Below are positions 48,217-57,459 of a stretch of 64,000 nt of DNA, in pieces (the first letter of the stretch is position 1; each line of letters opens with the position of its first letter). Under the pieces are notes generated by a model, which did not search any database, was not told the origin of the DNA, and was given only the letters and a program-made list of their open reading frames with translations. Made by a program: the position numbers and the translations under genes. The stretch lies in assembly GCA_050633305.1 (NCBI GenBank), contig JBOEGF010000005.1, forward strand, positions 352,001 through 416,000, in the 5' to 3' direction. The DNA is from Nannocystales bacterium (GTDB taxonomy: Bacteria; Myxococcota_A; Polyangia; Nannocystales; Nannocystaceae).

Positions 48217-48735
48217 TCAGCCTGGGCGGAGCACGGTTTCGAGGAAGGCTGCGAGGTCTTCGGTGTCGCCGGTCATGTATCCCTGGTGCTCCTTGAGGAC
48301 CTTGCCCGTCGCGTCGAGGACAACGTAGTACGGGATCTCGCCTCGGGGATTGAAGCGCGTGAGGACCTGAGTCTCGCGGTCGAGGAGGACCGGGAATTCG
48401 TAGCCTTCCCGCTCCGCCCACGGCCCGACTTGCGCAGCGGTATCAGGGCCGTCGATGGAGATCGCATAGATCTCCAGGCCACGATCTCTCATGCCCGGAT
48501 ACATCTTGTTCATCTTGGTCAGCTCTTGCTGACACGGCTGGCACCACGTGGCCCAGAACGCGAGCACAAACACGTCATCATCAGCCGCAGCGGTGGGAGT
48601 GACCATCGCGCCTTGGAGGTTGGGGAGCGCCAGGTCGATGCCGCCGGAACCGCCGGGGCTGGAGGAGCCGGGCGCGCCTGATCCTGCGCAGCCGATCAAC
48701 GTCATCGCGAGGAGCATCGGCAGGAAACGGCGCAT
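48217..48735 (-). CDS. TlpA-family thiol-disulfide oxidoreductase lipoprotein
   Basis: Lipobox LIGC; FWATWCQPC; IPY cis-Pro loop. Confidence 0.9.
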   Translation of the reverse strand: MRRFLPMLLAMTLIGCAGSGAPGSSSPGGSGGIDLALPNLQGAMVTPTAAADDDVFVLAFWATWCQPCQQELTKMNKMYPGMRDRGLEIYAISIDGPDTAAQVGPWAEREGYEFPVLLDRETQVLTRFNPRGEIPYYVVLDATGKVLKEHQGYMTGDTEDLAAFLETVLRPG

Positions 48736-49475
48736 CACGGCACCTCGTAGGGCGACGCCAGCACGGCGCCGATCTGGGTTCGAAGGACATCGAGTCCGAC
48801 CTTCTGTCCCTCGGACTTCCATCGGATGTTCCCGTTGGCATCGATGAGCATGTTGATCGGTGTCGCTGCCTGTGGATTCTGAAGGTACACGCCCGTCCAC
48901 GCGTTGGTCTGGTCGACCAAGACGGGGAATGCGAGGTCGAGTTCGATCTGGCGGTCTGCCCATTCTCCCGTGACCCAGTCCTCGCAGAAGGAACTGGTCG
49001 GGAGCTGCGAGGTCCAGTCTTGAAACATGACCTGGACGATCTCCAACCCCTGGCCTTCAAACTCCTCGTACAGCTCGGGGAACTCCAGGGTCTCCTCTTG
49101 GCAGGGCCCGCACCAGCCGGCTCCAATGTTGATCAACAGCGCCTTGTTGCCCGCCTCGGGGCACATGAAGCTGTCGAACTCGACGACATCGCCGTCGCAT
49201 CCCTCGAGGTTGAAGCCGAGCGTGTTGGCGAGGCGGTCACCGACGCCGGTGCCGTAGGGGCCCGCGGGGTATCCACATTGGCCGTCGGCAGCGCGGTCGA
49301 GTTGCGATTCGTCGAGGCTGGAGCCGTTGCCCGTCTCGGCCATGGTTTCCCCAGCGGTCGCTGCCCCGGTCTCGGGAGGGGGCGCACAAGCCGCGATGGA
49401 GGCACTCGCCCAAACAAGGATGGCTCGGCGGGTGGCCGAACGAGGGAGTCGAGGCATCATCCGTGGCAGTCGCAT
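48735..49475 (-). CDS. Thioredoxin-like (redoxin) lipoprotein
   Basis: Lipobox IAAC; AGWCGPC; ATPINMLID. TGATG-coupled to the downstream TlpA. Start approximate. Confidence 0.85.
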   Translation of the reverse strand: MRLPRMMPRLPRSATRRAILVWASASIAACAPPPETGAATAGETMAETGNGSSLDESQLDRAADGQCGYPAGPYGTGVGDRLANTLGFNLEGCDGDVVEFDSFMCPEAGNKALLINIGAGWCGPCQEETLEFPELYEEFEGQGLEIVQVMFQDWTSQLPTSSFCEDWVTGEWADRQIELDLAFPVLVDQTNAWTGVYLQNPQAATPINMLIDANGNIRWKSEGQKVGLDVLRTQIGAVLASPYEVP

Positions 49476-49577
49476 CGTTGGCTCTTGAGTGCACCTCATC
49501 GTACACGTGTTGCGCAAACCGGCGCCGGGGAGAGGTTTCCTGCGGCCCGGGCGTACAACGGGGCGCAGCTGCCGAGG

Positions 49578-50096
49578 TTACTTCTGTCCGTCAGGCCTGC
49601 GGGTCGACTCGGATCGTGGCTCGGCCGGCTCGAGCTGCGTTTCGAGGAACGCTTCCAGTTCCGCGACGCCGCTTGGGGAGTAGCCACGGCGGGTCTCGAT
49701 GCGCTCGCCCTCCGCATTGAACACCACGAGGTAGGGAATCGACGCGGTTGGAGAGAACCATGCGAATAAACCGGACCCGGACTCGATCAGAACGGGGAAG
49801 GCGTAGTGGTTGGACTGGACCCACGTCTCGACGTTGTCGAGCGTATCCGGGCCGTCGACCGAGATCGCATACAGCTCGAGACCGCGCGGGTGCAGTCGCA
49901 GGTACATCTCGTTCATCTCGGCCAGCTCCCGCTGGCACGGGCCGCACCACGTCGCCCAAAACGCGAGCACCACCACGTTGCCGTCCGAAAGCGGCGTGAC
50001 CTCGTTGCCGTCGAGGTCGGGCAGCGTGAAGTTGAGCGACGGCGCGCAGCCGGTCAGCCCGAGCAACGCGACAACGGCCAGACGTTGGGCCCGCAC
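49578..50096 (-). CDS. TlpA-family thiol-disulfide oxidoreductase lipoprotein
   Basis: Lipobox LTGC; FWATWCGPC; IPY. Confidence 0.9.
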   Translation of the reverse strand: MRAQRLAVVALLGLTGCAPSLNFTLPDLDGNEVTPLSDGNVVVLAFWATWCGPCQRELAEMNEMYLRLHPRGLELYAISVDGPDTLDNVETWVQSNHYAFPVLIESGSGLFAWFSPTASIPYLVVFNAEGERIETRRGYSPSGVAELEAFLETQLEPAEPRSESTRRPDGQK

Positions 50097-50097
50097 C

Positions 50098-51477
50098 TCA
50101 GTCCACCAGTGGCGTATGGGTGAGGTGCTCGTAGAGCTCGCCCGGGGCGATGCCCTGGGTGCGCGCGGCCGCGACCCGTTCCAGCTCCTCTTCGATCAGC
50201 AGCCGGATGTGAATCTCGGGGTAGGCACCCTCGAGCGGGCGGCCGTTGATGAAGTAGCCCGGAGTGCCGTTGACGCCCAGGGCCATGGAGAGCGCGAGGT
50301 CGGCCTCGACCCGGTCGGCGGCACTCTGCGAGCTCATCTCCTTCTCAAACACGGCCATGTCGAGCCCGATCTCTCGGGCGATGGTGCGCAGGTCCTCGGA
50401 CCCGAACTTGGGGCCGAAGGCATACAGCGCGTCATGGAACTCCCAGAACTTGCCCTGGCTCTGCGCTGCGACGCCGGCACGAGCGGCGGGGTCTGCGTGA
50501 CGGTGAAACGGCAACGGCTTGTGCTTGTGCACCACTCGGATCTTGTCCCCGTAGTGCGCCTCGATACGCTCCATGGTGGCGTTGCCTTTGGCGCAGAACG
50601 GGCACGCGAAGTCGCCGAAACTCACGATGGTGATCGGAGCGTCGTCGGGTCCCTTGCGTGGTGAGTCTCCCAGCGGGACGACGTAGACACCGTCGGGATC
50701 GAGTCCCCGCCGGCCCTTGGCGTATTGCACCTCTTCGAACCCGCCACGGAGCGTCTCGTCGTAGAGCTGCTGGTCCGGCACGCCTGCGGATCGGAGATCG
50801 TCGGCGTAGCGCAGTTCTTCGCCGATGATTCGGTCGAACTCCGCGAGGGGCTTGGCCCCAGAGATGACGCGGCCGTTGATGAAGAACGTGGGGGTCGAGG
50901 ACACGCCCAGGCGCCGGGCTTGTCGAGCGTCGCGGCGGACTTCGGGTCCGTACTCGAGGGTGTCGAGGTCGCGGACCAACGCGTTCATGTCGAGCCCCAC
51001 GTGCTTCGCGTACGAGAGGATGACGCCCGGGTCGAGACGTTGACCGGAGAACAGCAGGTCATGGAACTCCCAGAACTTGCCCTGCCCCTGCGCCGAGCGG
51101 GCCGCCATGGCTGCAAGCAGCGCGTTGGCGTGGTTGTCCAGAGGCAGGGCCTTGTAGGCAATGCGGACATCGTCCGGGTACAGGTCTCGTAGGCGCTTGA
51201 GTGTTTCGAGCCCTTGCACACAGAACGGGCACTCGAAGTCACTGAACATCACCACCGTCACCGCAGCGGTCGCCGGGCCGAGCGTGGGCGCGTCGCCGAG
51301 CTTCACGACAAAACGTTCGACGTCGGCGTCGGTTCGAGCGGCTTGGGCGCGATCGGAACCCGCAGCCGACGGAGCGGCAGGTTCGGCGGGAGGCTGCGGC
51401 GCGGCGGGGCCCTTGGTGCAGGCCAGGAGCAGGCTCGCAGCGAGCGAAGCCGAGCAGATCGCGGTGCGCGTACGCAT
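50098..51477 (-). CDS. Tandem DsbA/Com1-like thioredoxin-domain lipoprotein
   Basis: Lipobox LLAC; two domains, FSDFECPFC...GVSSTPTFFING and FGDFACPFC...GVNGTPGYFING. Confidence 0.92.
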   Translation of the reverse strand: MRTRTAICSASLAASLLLACTKGPAAPQPPAEPAAPSAAGSDRAQAARTDADVERFVVKLGDAPTLGPATAAVTVVMFSDFECPFCVQGLETLKRLRDLYPDDVRIAYKALPLDNHANALLAAMAARSAQGQGKFWEFHDLLFSGQRLDPGVILSYAKHVGLDMNALVRDLDTLEYGPEVRRDARQARRLGVSSTPTFFINGRVISGAKPLAEFDRIIGEELRYADDLRSAGVPDQQLYDETLRGGFEEVQYAKGRRGLDPDGVYVVPLGDSPRKGPDDAPITIVSFGDFACPFCAKGNATMERIEAHYGDKIRVVHKHKPLPFHRHADPAARAGVAAQSQGKFWEFHDALYAFGPKFGSEDLRTIAREIGLDMAVFEKEMSSQSAADRVEADLALSMALGVNGTPGYFINGRPLEGAYPEIHIRLLIEEELERVAAARTQGIAPGELYEHLTHTPLVD

Positions 51478-51567
51478 GAGCACGGGTTGTAACGCTACAA
51501 TCGACGTCCTCGCTACGTTGATGGGAACCGAAATGGCGCTTCGTGCGTCTGACGAGAAGGATTCGCA

Positions 51568-52548
51568 GTGGAACACGTGCAATGCCGACAGATCCGCCAC
51601 TCCTACGACGGCGTTCGAGACGCCATCGGGGGGCTCGACCTCGAGATCAAGCGCGGAGAGGTGCTTGCCCTGATCGGGCCCAACGGCGCTGGGAAGAGCA
51701 CCACGCTGCGGATCCTCGCGACGTTGCAACGGCCCGATGAGGGCACCGTGACCTGGGATGGTTCGGATGCCTGGACCGAGCGCTACGCACTGCGCCAGCG
51801 CATCGGCTTCTTGGGTGATGGCACCGCGCTGTACCCCAGCATGACCGCCGCGGGTTACCTGCGGTTCTTTGCCGAGTGTTACGGGCTCAGCGATTCAGAT
51901 GCCAAGAAGAGGGTGGCTGTCGTGCTCGACATGTTCGATCTCTCGACCAAAGCCGAGGCGACGATCAGCGCCCTGTCCAAGGGCATGCGGCAGCGATTGG
52001 CGATCGCCCGGACCATGATTCACGACCCCGAGCTGTTGCTGCTCGACGAGCCCGCCGATGGGCTCGATCCCCTTGCGCGTCGGCAGCTTCGAGACGTGTT
52101 GCGACGCGTGGCCGACCAAGGCGTTGGCATCGTCGTCAGCTCGCACATCCTTCGAGAGTTGGATCGCTTCGTCGACACCGTCGCCCTCATTCAAAAGGGG
52201 CGACTCGAGGTGCACGGCGGCGTCGAAGAGGTCATCGCCGACTACGATGTTGGTCGCCGGTTGCACCACGTCGAGGTGACGAACGGACTTGCGACCGCGC
52301 TCGAAGTGCTGCGAAAGCACGAGGGATTGATCGAAGGCGTCGAGCCGCTGCACAAGGACGAAGAGGCCGTGGATCCGAAGACCAGCCCGCGCGGGCGGAT
52401 CAAGGTACGGATCCACGGTGATGAGCGTCGAGCCGCAACGATCCTCAAGGACATGGTCCTGGCTGACGTCGAGGTGATCTCGATGGCCAAGGTCCGCAGC
52501 GACCTCGAGGACGTGTATCAGAGCATCGGGCGTGACGAAGTCAGCTGA
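51568..52548 (+). CDS. ABC transporter ATP-binding protein (ABC-2 type)
   Basis: GPNGAGKST, LSKGMRQR, LLLDEP, SSH. Confidence 0.92.
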   Translation: MEHVQCRQIRHSYDGVRDAIGGLDLEIKRGEVLALIGPNGAGKSTTLRILATLQRPDEGTVTWDGSDAWTERYALRQRIGFLGDGTALYPSMTAAGYLRFFAECYGLSDSDAKKRVAVVLDMFDLSTKAEATISALSKGMRQRLAIARTMIHDPELLLLDEPADGLDPLARRQLRDVLRRVADQGVGIVVSSHILRELDRFVDTVALIQKGRLEVHGGVEEVIADYDVGRRLHHVEVTNGLATALEVLRKHEGLIEGVEPLHKDEEAVDPKTSPRGRIKVRIHGDERRAATILKDMVLADVEVISMAKVRSDLEDVYQSIGRDEVS

Positions 52549-52650
52549 GCCACGGTCCTTCGTCCTCTCGTCTTGCGCGCCGACCGCGAGTCGGCTCGAA
52601 GAAATTGCCGCCGCACAGACATCTGCGGACCTGCGCGGTGTTGAGATGAT

Positions 52651-53871
52651 GTGACCAGCTCAATTGGCCCCCGTGCCGTCCTTGTCTCGATTTTCTTACT
52701 CTTAGGTCCCGCGTGCAGCTCCGACTCCTCGCAGGACGAGCCCGAGGGCGGTTCGTCGGGGGGGATTGGGAGCACCTCCGGCAATGAAACCTCCGGGAGC
52801 GGAGTCGGCAGTTCGTCGGGGTTACCGGGGACCTCCGGGAGCGACTCTTCGGGGACACCTGACGCCTCCTCCTCGGGAGGAGATTCGTCCGGAGAAGCCC
52901 CAGACCTCTCGCCCTACCAGCCCATTGTCGACAGTATCGATACCCCTGGCGCACAGGTCGCCGTGATCGAGCCGGACGGTGACGTTTGGTTCGGCGTCGG
53001 CGGTGACGCGGCGCAGGGCGAGCCCATGACGACGGACCACCGGCTCCTGATCGGGAGCAACACCAAGACATGGACCGCTGCGGTCACGTTGATGCTGGTG
53101 GACGAAGGGGAGCTTTCGCTCGATGACGCCGCGAGCACCTGGGTCGATACTCTCGACCCGGCGATCACGATCCGCGACCTGCTCCAGCACACCAGTGGTC
53201 TTGGCGAGTACTTCGAGCACCCCGACATGAAGGGGCACGGGGGCGACCCGTGGGCGCCCGCCGACCTCATCGCGCTTGGTCAGGGGGTCCGCGATGATGG
53301 TCCTGGAGCCTCCGTCTACTCGAACACCAACTACATCGCGCTGGGGTTGGTGCTGGAGGCGATCGAGGAGCAACCCTACGCCGAGGTCATTCAGACGCGA
53401 CTCTTCGAACCTCTCGAACTCGGCGATTCCGGTGTCGTCACTGACTCGTTCCCCGAGGACCTCGCACTTGGAGACGGCGGTGCGCTCGGCGTTGTGACGC
53501 CCGAGCATCCTTCGGTGGGGTGGGCGGCCGGGGCGGGCTATTCCACGGCGGAGGACCTCGCTGAGTTCTACCGAGCCATGCTTGCCGGGGAACTCTACAG
53601 CGACGCGTTGTTACAGCAGCAGCTCGACGACGTCCCCTCGGACCTTGGGTTTGGGCAACCGGGCGTGACGGAAGCTTATGGCCTTGGGCTGATGATGGTG
53701 GGCGTTGGCGGGCAAGAGCTCACCGGACACCTGGGCTCGCTGACCGGGTTCCATGGCTGGGGGCTGCGCGACGATGTGAGCGGTGGGCTCGTTGTCGTGC
53801 TGACGAACAACAGCGAGGTGACGTCGGTCGGTGCAGTCTTGGAGGCGCTCGCCGTTGCGGCCGAGGAGTGA
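52651..53871 (+). CDS. Serine hydrolase (beta-lactamase class C/AmpC-like, S12) lipoprotein
   Basis: Lipoprotein-like signal ending GPAC; SNTK (SxxK), LLQHTSG, YSNTNY, GHLG. Confidence 0.88.
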   Translation: MTSSIGPRAVLVSIFLLLGPACSSDSSQDEPEGGSSGGIGSTSGNETSGSGVGSSSGLPGTSGSDSSGTPDASSSGGDSSGEAPDLSPYQPIVDSIDTPGAQVAVIEPDGDVWFGVGGDAAQGEPMTTDHRLLIGSNTKTWTAAVTLMLVDEGELSLDDAASTWVDTLDPAITIRDLLQHTSGLGEYFEHPDMKGHGGDPWAPADLIALGQGVRDDGPGASVYSNTNYIALGLVLEAIEEQPYAEVIQTRLFEPLELGDSGVVTDSFPEDLALGDGGALGVVTPEHPSVGWAAGAGYSTAEDLAEFYRAMLAGELYSDALLQQQLDDVPSDLGFGQPGVTEAYGLGLMMVGVGGQELTGHLGSLTGFHGWGLRDDVSGGLVVVLTNNSEVTSVGAVLEALAVAAEE

Positions 53872-53892
53872 GAACGCGCCCCTGGGTTGCGG

Positions 53893-55287
53893 CTAGAGCT
53901 CGACCCAGCGGCGCATGCCCACCGCTTGCAGAAAACGCTCGTCGTGACTCACCACGACGAGTCCGCCGGCCCAGTTCCGCAGCACGGACTCCAGCGCCGC
54001 GAGGCCCTCGAAATCGAGATGGTCCGTGGGCTCATCGAGGACCAGAAGCTCAGGGATGCAGGTTTCGGCGAGCGCACAGATCAGCGCCGCGCGCAGTCGT
54101 TCGCCGGGGCTGAGGTTGCGCAGGGGGCGGTCGGCGAGGGCAAAGGGAAACCGATGCGCGCGGAGGACCGCTGCGACGTCTTCGAAGGGCTTTGCGTCGG
54201 CGAGTCGGTCGAGCACGCTCTCCTCCAGACACCAGTTGGCGGTGTTCTGCGAGATGTAGGCGATTCGGTGCCTTTCGCACTGGGCCCGGCCGGAACGAGG
54301 GGATAGCTCGCCCAAGAGCACGCGCAGCAGGGTGCTCTTGCCCGAACCATTGGGCCCAACGACGGCCACCCGGTCACGCCCAACCTCGAGGTCGATGCTC
54401 TCGAAGAGCGTCTCCTCCCCGTGGCGGACACAGACGTTCTCGAGGACCGCGAGGGGTCCCTGGGGCGGGGGAAGGTCTGGAAGTACGACGTCCAGAGGCA
54501 GATTCACAGTCAAGGCTCGGCGGGTCGCCTTCGCCCAAGCGCGTGCATCCCTCCGTCGAGCCCGCTGAATCCCGTCTCGCCGGCTTTGGCTCTCCTGCGC
54601 CGCAGACCTTTTCCCGTTCAGCAACGAGCGTGGGGTGCACCGCCCCAACTCACGCACCCGACCCAGGTTCTTTTTTCGGTCTCGGCTTTGTTGCGTACGG
54701 TGGTGGGTGCGTTCTTGGGCGACGAGGTTGTTGAGGGTCCGGACGTATCTTGTCTGCTCCGCATCGGCATGCAGCCGGAGGTCGTCTTGGAGCGCTTCGA
54801 ACGTGCCATGAACGTGACGACTGCCCGATTCTGCGACCACGAAGAAGTCTTCGAACGCAGAGAGGAGCCGTTGTTCGTGGGAGACGACGAGCAGCGCGCC
54901 TTCCCATCGTTGCAGCCGTCGCACCAGCCACGCGATCCCGTCGGAGTCGAGATCGTGACTCGGTTCGTCGAACAGCAAGAGGTCGGGAGCGGCCGCGAAG
55001 GCGGCTTCGAGTCGGCGTCGTTGGACCTGTCCCGGGCTGTGCAGCGGGGAGGAAACGGTGGCTTGTTGGGAGACCACGCCCCGGGTGCCCGTACGGTGAA
55101 CAACCCCGGCCGTCGGGGACGCCTCGCCTGCCAGGACCCGGAGCAAGGATGACTTCCCGACCCCGTTGCGGCCCACGAGCGCGACTTGGTCTCCCTGGCC
55201 GAGCTGCAGACTGAGCTCGCGCAGGAGAGGGCGCCCGCCCGGTGTGTCCAGACAAAGGCCTCGGGCGGAGAGCAAGGGAGCTGTCAT
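53893..55287 (-). CDS. ABC-F family ATPase (two NBDs, no TM domain)
   Basis: GRNGVGKS/SPGQ/FDEP and GPNGSGKS/LSPGE/LDEPT, joined by a basic helical linker. ATGA-coupled to hflX. Confidence 0.85.
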   Translation of the reverse strand: MTAPLLSARGLCLDTPGGRPLLRELSLQLGQGDQVALVGRNGVGKSSLLRVLAGEASPTAGVVHRTGTRGVVSQQATVSSPLHSPGQVQRRRLEAAFAAAPDLLLFDEPSHDLDSDGIAWLVRRLQRWEGALLVVSHEQRLLSAFEDFFVVAESGSRHVHGTFEALQDDLRLHADAEQTRYVRTLNNLVAQERTHHRTQQSRDRKKNLGRVRELGRCTPRSLLNGKRSAAQESQSRRDGIQRARRRDARAWAKATRRALTVNLPLDVVLPDLPPPQGPLAVLENVCVRHGEETLFESIDLEVGRDRVAVVGPNGSGKSTLLRVLLGELSPRSGRAQCERHRIAYISQNTANWCLEESVLDRLADAKPFEDVAAVLRAHRFPFALADRPLRNLSPGERLRAALICALAETCIPELLVLDEPTDHLDFEGLAALESVLRNWAGGLVVVSHDERFLQAVGMRRWVEL

Positions 55288-56654
55288 CGTTGCCTCCGTC
55301 GGGTCACGCGCGCGATCTTCTCCACGACGTGCGCCGGACCTTGAATGAGGAATTGGGTACCCGTGGGCGCTGCCGCAGACTTCAAGACACGGCAGCGTGC
55401 GTAGATGGCCTCGGTGACCTCCGAGCGTGTGTACGGAACGAACACCTCCCGCGTGGCGTGGTTGGCCCTGGATGCTTCGAGGAGTCGGGCGCGGAGACGC
55501 TCGATGTCTGTTGGGTTGTGCGTGCTGATCGCCTCGAACGGAGCGTCTTCGGCGAGCTGGCGGAGGTGCTCGATCTGCAGTCCGTCGCACATCTCGACCT
55601 TGTTGAACACGATGAACCGCGGCGTGTTCGCGGCGCCAAGCCGTCCCAAGACCTCCCGCGTTGACTCGAGGTGTCGCGCCACCTCTGGGTCCGAGGCATC
55701 GAGGACCACGACCAGCACAGATGCCTCGGCTGCTTCGGCCAGCGTTGTTTCGAAGCTGGCGTAGAGCCTCTCGGGGAGGTCTCGGATGAATCCGACCGTG
55801 TCGCTGATCAGGATGTCCCCGCCGTGCCGGCTCAGCGCGCGTGAGGTCGTGTCGAGCGTTTCGAACGGACGGTCACGGACCGAGAGGTCGGCGGAGGTGA
55901 GGGCGTTCATCAACGATGTCTTGCCCGCGTTCGTGTAACCAACGAGCACCAGGCGAGCGCAGTCGGACCGGCGCGTGCGTTGTGCCCGGTCTGCAACCTT
56001 GAGTTTGGCCAACCGACGTTGGAGTTCGGAGAGCCGAGAATCGAGCCGCCGGGCGAACAGCTCCGATGCCGTCTCGCCCGCGCCCTTGCTTCCCATGATG
56101 CCGCCCGCTTGCTGGTCCATGTTGAGCCCGATGCCGCGAATCCGAGGTCGCAGGTACTGGAGGTGGGCGATCTCGACCTGAATGCGGGCGCGTGGGGTTG
56201 TGGCGTGTTGCTCGAAGACGTTGAGGATTACCGCCTCTCGGTCGCAGATCGGCAACCCCACGAGGTCCTCGAGGTTTCGAGTCTGTGACGGGGTGAGCTC
56301 AGCATCGACCACCAACATGTCGGCGCCGCACTCCTCCGCAGTTGCAGCGACACGGCTTGCGACCCCGCGTCCCACGAACGTCCGCGGGTCGGCCTCGGCC
56401 AAACGCTGACTCTCACTGCCAACGATGCGGTCTCCCTGGGCCTGGACGAGCCCTGTGATCTCGGCGAGTTGTGCCTGAGGAACGCTTCGATGACGACGGA
56501 CGACCGACAACACGTAGCAGGCGTTGCCGTCCTCGTGAGCGGTACGAGGACGCCGTTGTTTGGCGTCCCAGTGGGTGGTCAGGTCCTCGAGTTGCCCCTC
56601 ATCTGCGAGCGGCACCTCGATGTGTTCGTCGATCGGTTTCGAATGGAATTTCAT
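55284..56654 (-). CDS. hflX: HflX-family ribosome-splitting GTPase (divergent paralogue)
   Basis: LTPSQTRNLE, DREAVILNVF, QVEIAHLQYLRPR, GYTNAGKTS, DTVGFI, NKVE. Confidence 0.9.
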   Translation of the reverse strand: MKFHSKPIDEHIEVPLADEGQLEDLTTHWDAKQRRPRTAHEDGNACYVLSVVRRHRSVPQAQLAEITGLVQAQGDRIVGSESQRLAEADPRTFVGRGVASRVAATAEECGADMLVVDAELTPSQTRNLEDLVGLPICDREAVILNVFEQHATTPRARIQVEIAHLQYLRPRIRGIGLNMDQQAGGIMGSKGAGETASELFARRLDSRLSELQRRLAKLKVADRAQRTRRSDCARLVLVGYTNAGKTSLMNALTSADLSVRDRPFETLDTTSRALSRHGGDILISDTVGFIRDLPERLYASFETTLAEAAEASVLVVVLDASDPEVARHLESTREVLGRLGAANTPRFIVFNKVEMCDGLQIEHLRQLAEDAPFEAISTHNPTDIERLRARLLEASRANHATREVFVPYTRSEVTEAIYARCRVLKSAAAPTGTQFLIQGPAHVVEKIARVTRRRQR

Positions 56655-56847
56655 GCGGTAGGCCCTTTCGGGCCGCTCTACGCGACATGCGTCGCGGGCG
56701 GCCTGGAGCGCGCAACCGGGGTTGTGAGCGCTCAGGTTCGTCGTGAGTTGGTGGCCACGGCGTGCGTCAAACAGCGCGGGTTCTGCAGAGAACCCGGACA
56801 CCGGACCGTTGTCCTCGAGGCGGGCAGTGCCGCCGAGGGACCAACAT

Positions 56848-56871
56848 TCAAACGAAGTTGAAGAACCGCAT
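56848..56871 (-). promoter_or_regulatory. Putative leader uORF MRFFNFV* of the hflX-ABC-F operon
   Basis: ATG CGG TTC TTC AAC TTC GTT TGA at the 5' end of a hairpin-rich leader of about 220 nt. Confidence 0.5.
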
Positions 56872-56937
56872 GATGGGGAAGGCGTAGCGCCGTTGTCGGG
56901 GAGGCGCAAGGACGAACTTGAAAAAGCGCGGCTCGTC

Positions 56938-57459
56938 TCAGAATCCAAGCCGCGGTGTCGCGCTCGCGTAACGCTTCCATCGTTCGCCGAAGCGCTCCGC
57001 CAGCGCGCGCTCTTCGAGTTGCAGTCGAGCGACCAAAAGCGGGAGCTGGGCGGCGGCGAGAAATCCCGAGAACAAACTTGGGGCTGCGACGAACAACCCG
57101 AGCGTCCAACACAGGAGGCCGAGTTCGGACGGGTGCCGCATCACGCCATGGATGCCGGTCGTCACGAGGTGCTCGGCGTTCGCTTCGGTGCGGAACAGGG
57201 AGCCAAGGTTGCGCATGGCGGCGGCGCGGAGCCAGCCCCCGCCAACCAAGAGCCCCGCGGCGATGAGGGCTTGGGGGACTCCGGCGGCCCGAACCGACGC
57301 GTAGATCGAGGCCCCAAGTAGGAGCACGCTTGCCGTCAGCGCGATGACTCGCAAGGCTTGGTCATTGCGGTGGGTGCCCTCGGCGCGGGCCGGAGGTGAG
57401 ACCAGCGCCTCTTGCAGGATCGCGGCACCGATCCCGCACAGGACGAGCAGCGAACTCAC
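56938..57459 (-). CDS. Isoprenylcysteine carboxyl methyltransferase (ICMT/PEMT)-like membrane protein
   Basis: LVTTGIHGVMRHPSELG, EERALAERFGERWKRY. GTGA-coupled to the upstream gene. Confidence 0.82.
   Translation of the reverse strand: MSSLLVLCGIGAAILQEALVSPPARAEGTHRNDQALRVIALTASVLLLGASIYASVRAAGVPQALIAAGLLVGGGWLRAAAMRNLGSLFRTEANAEHLVTTGIHGVMRHPSELGLLCWTLGLFVAAPSLFSGFLAAAQLPLLVARLQLEERALAERFGERWKRYASATPRLGF

Noticed and set aside
46539..48296. 585-aa plus-strand ORF and similar long antisense ORFs (e.g. 59824..61188, 62528..63766)
   Set aside because: Typical high-GC shadow ORFs opposite genes with clear motifs; no recognisable domains.
48217..51477. Selenocysteine-containing redoxins
   Set aside because: All CxxC motifs are encoded by Cys codons; no in-frame TGA at the active sites.
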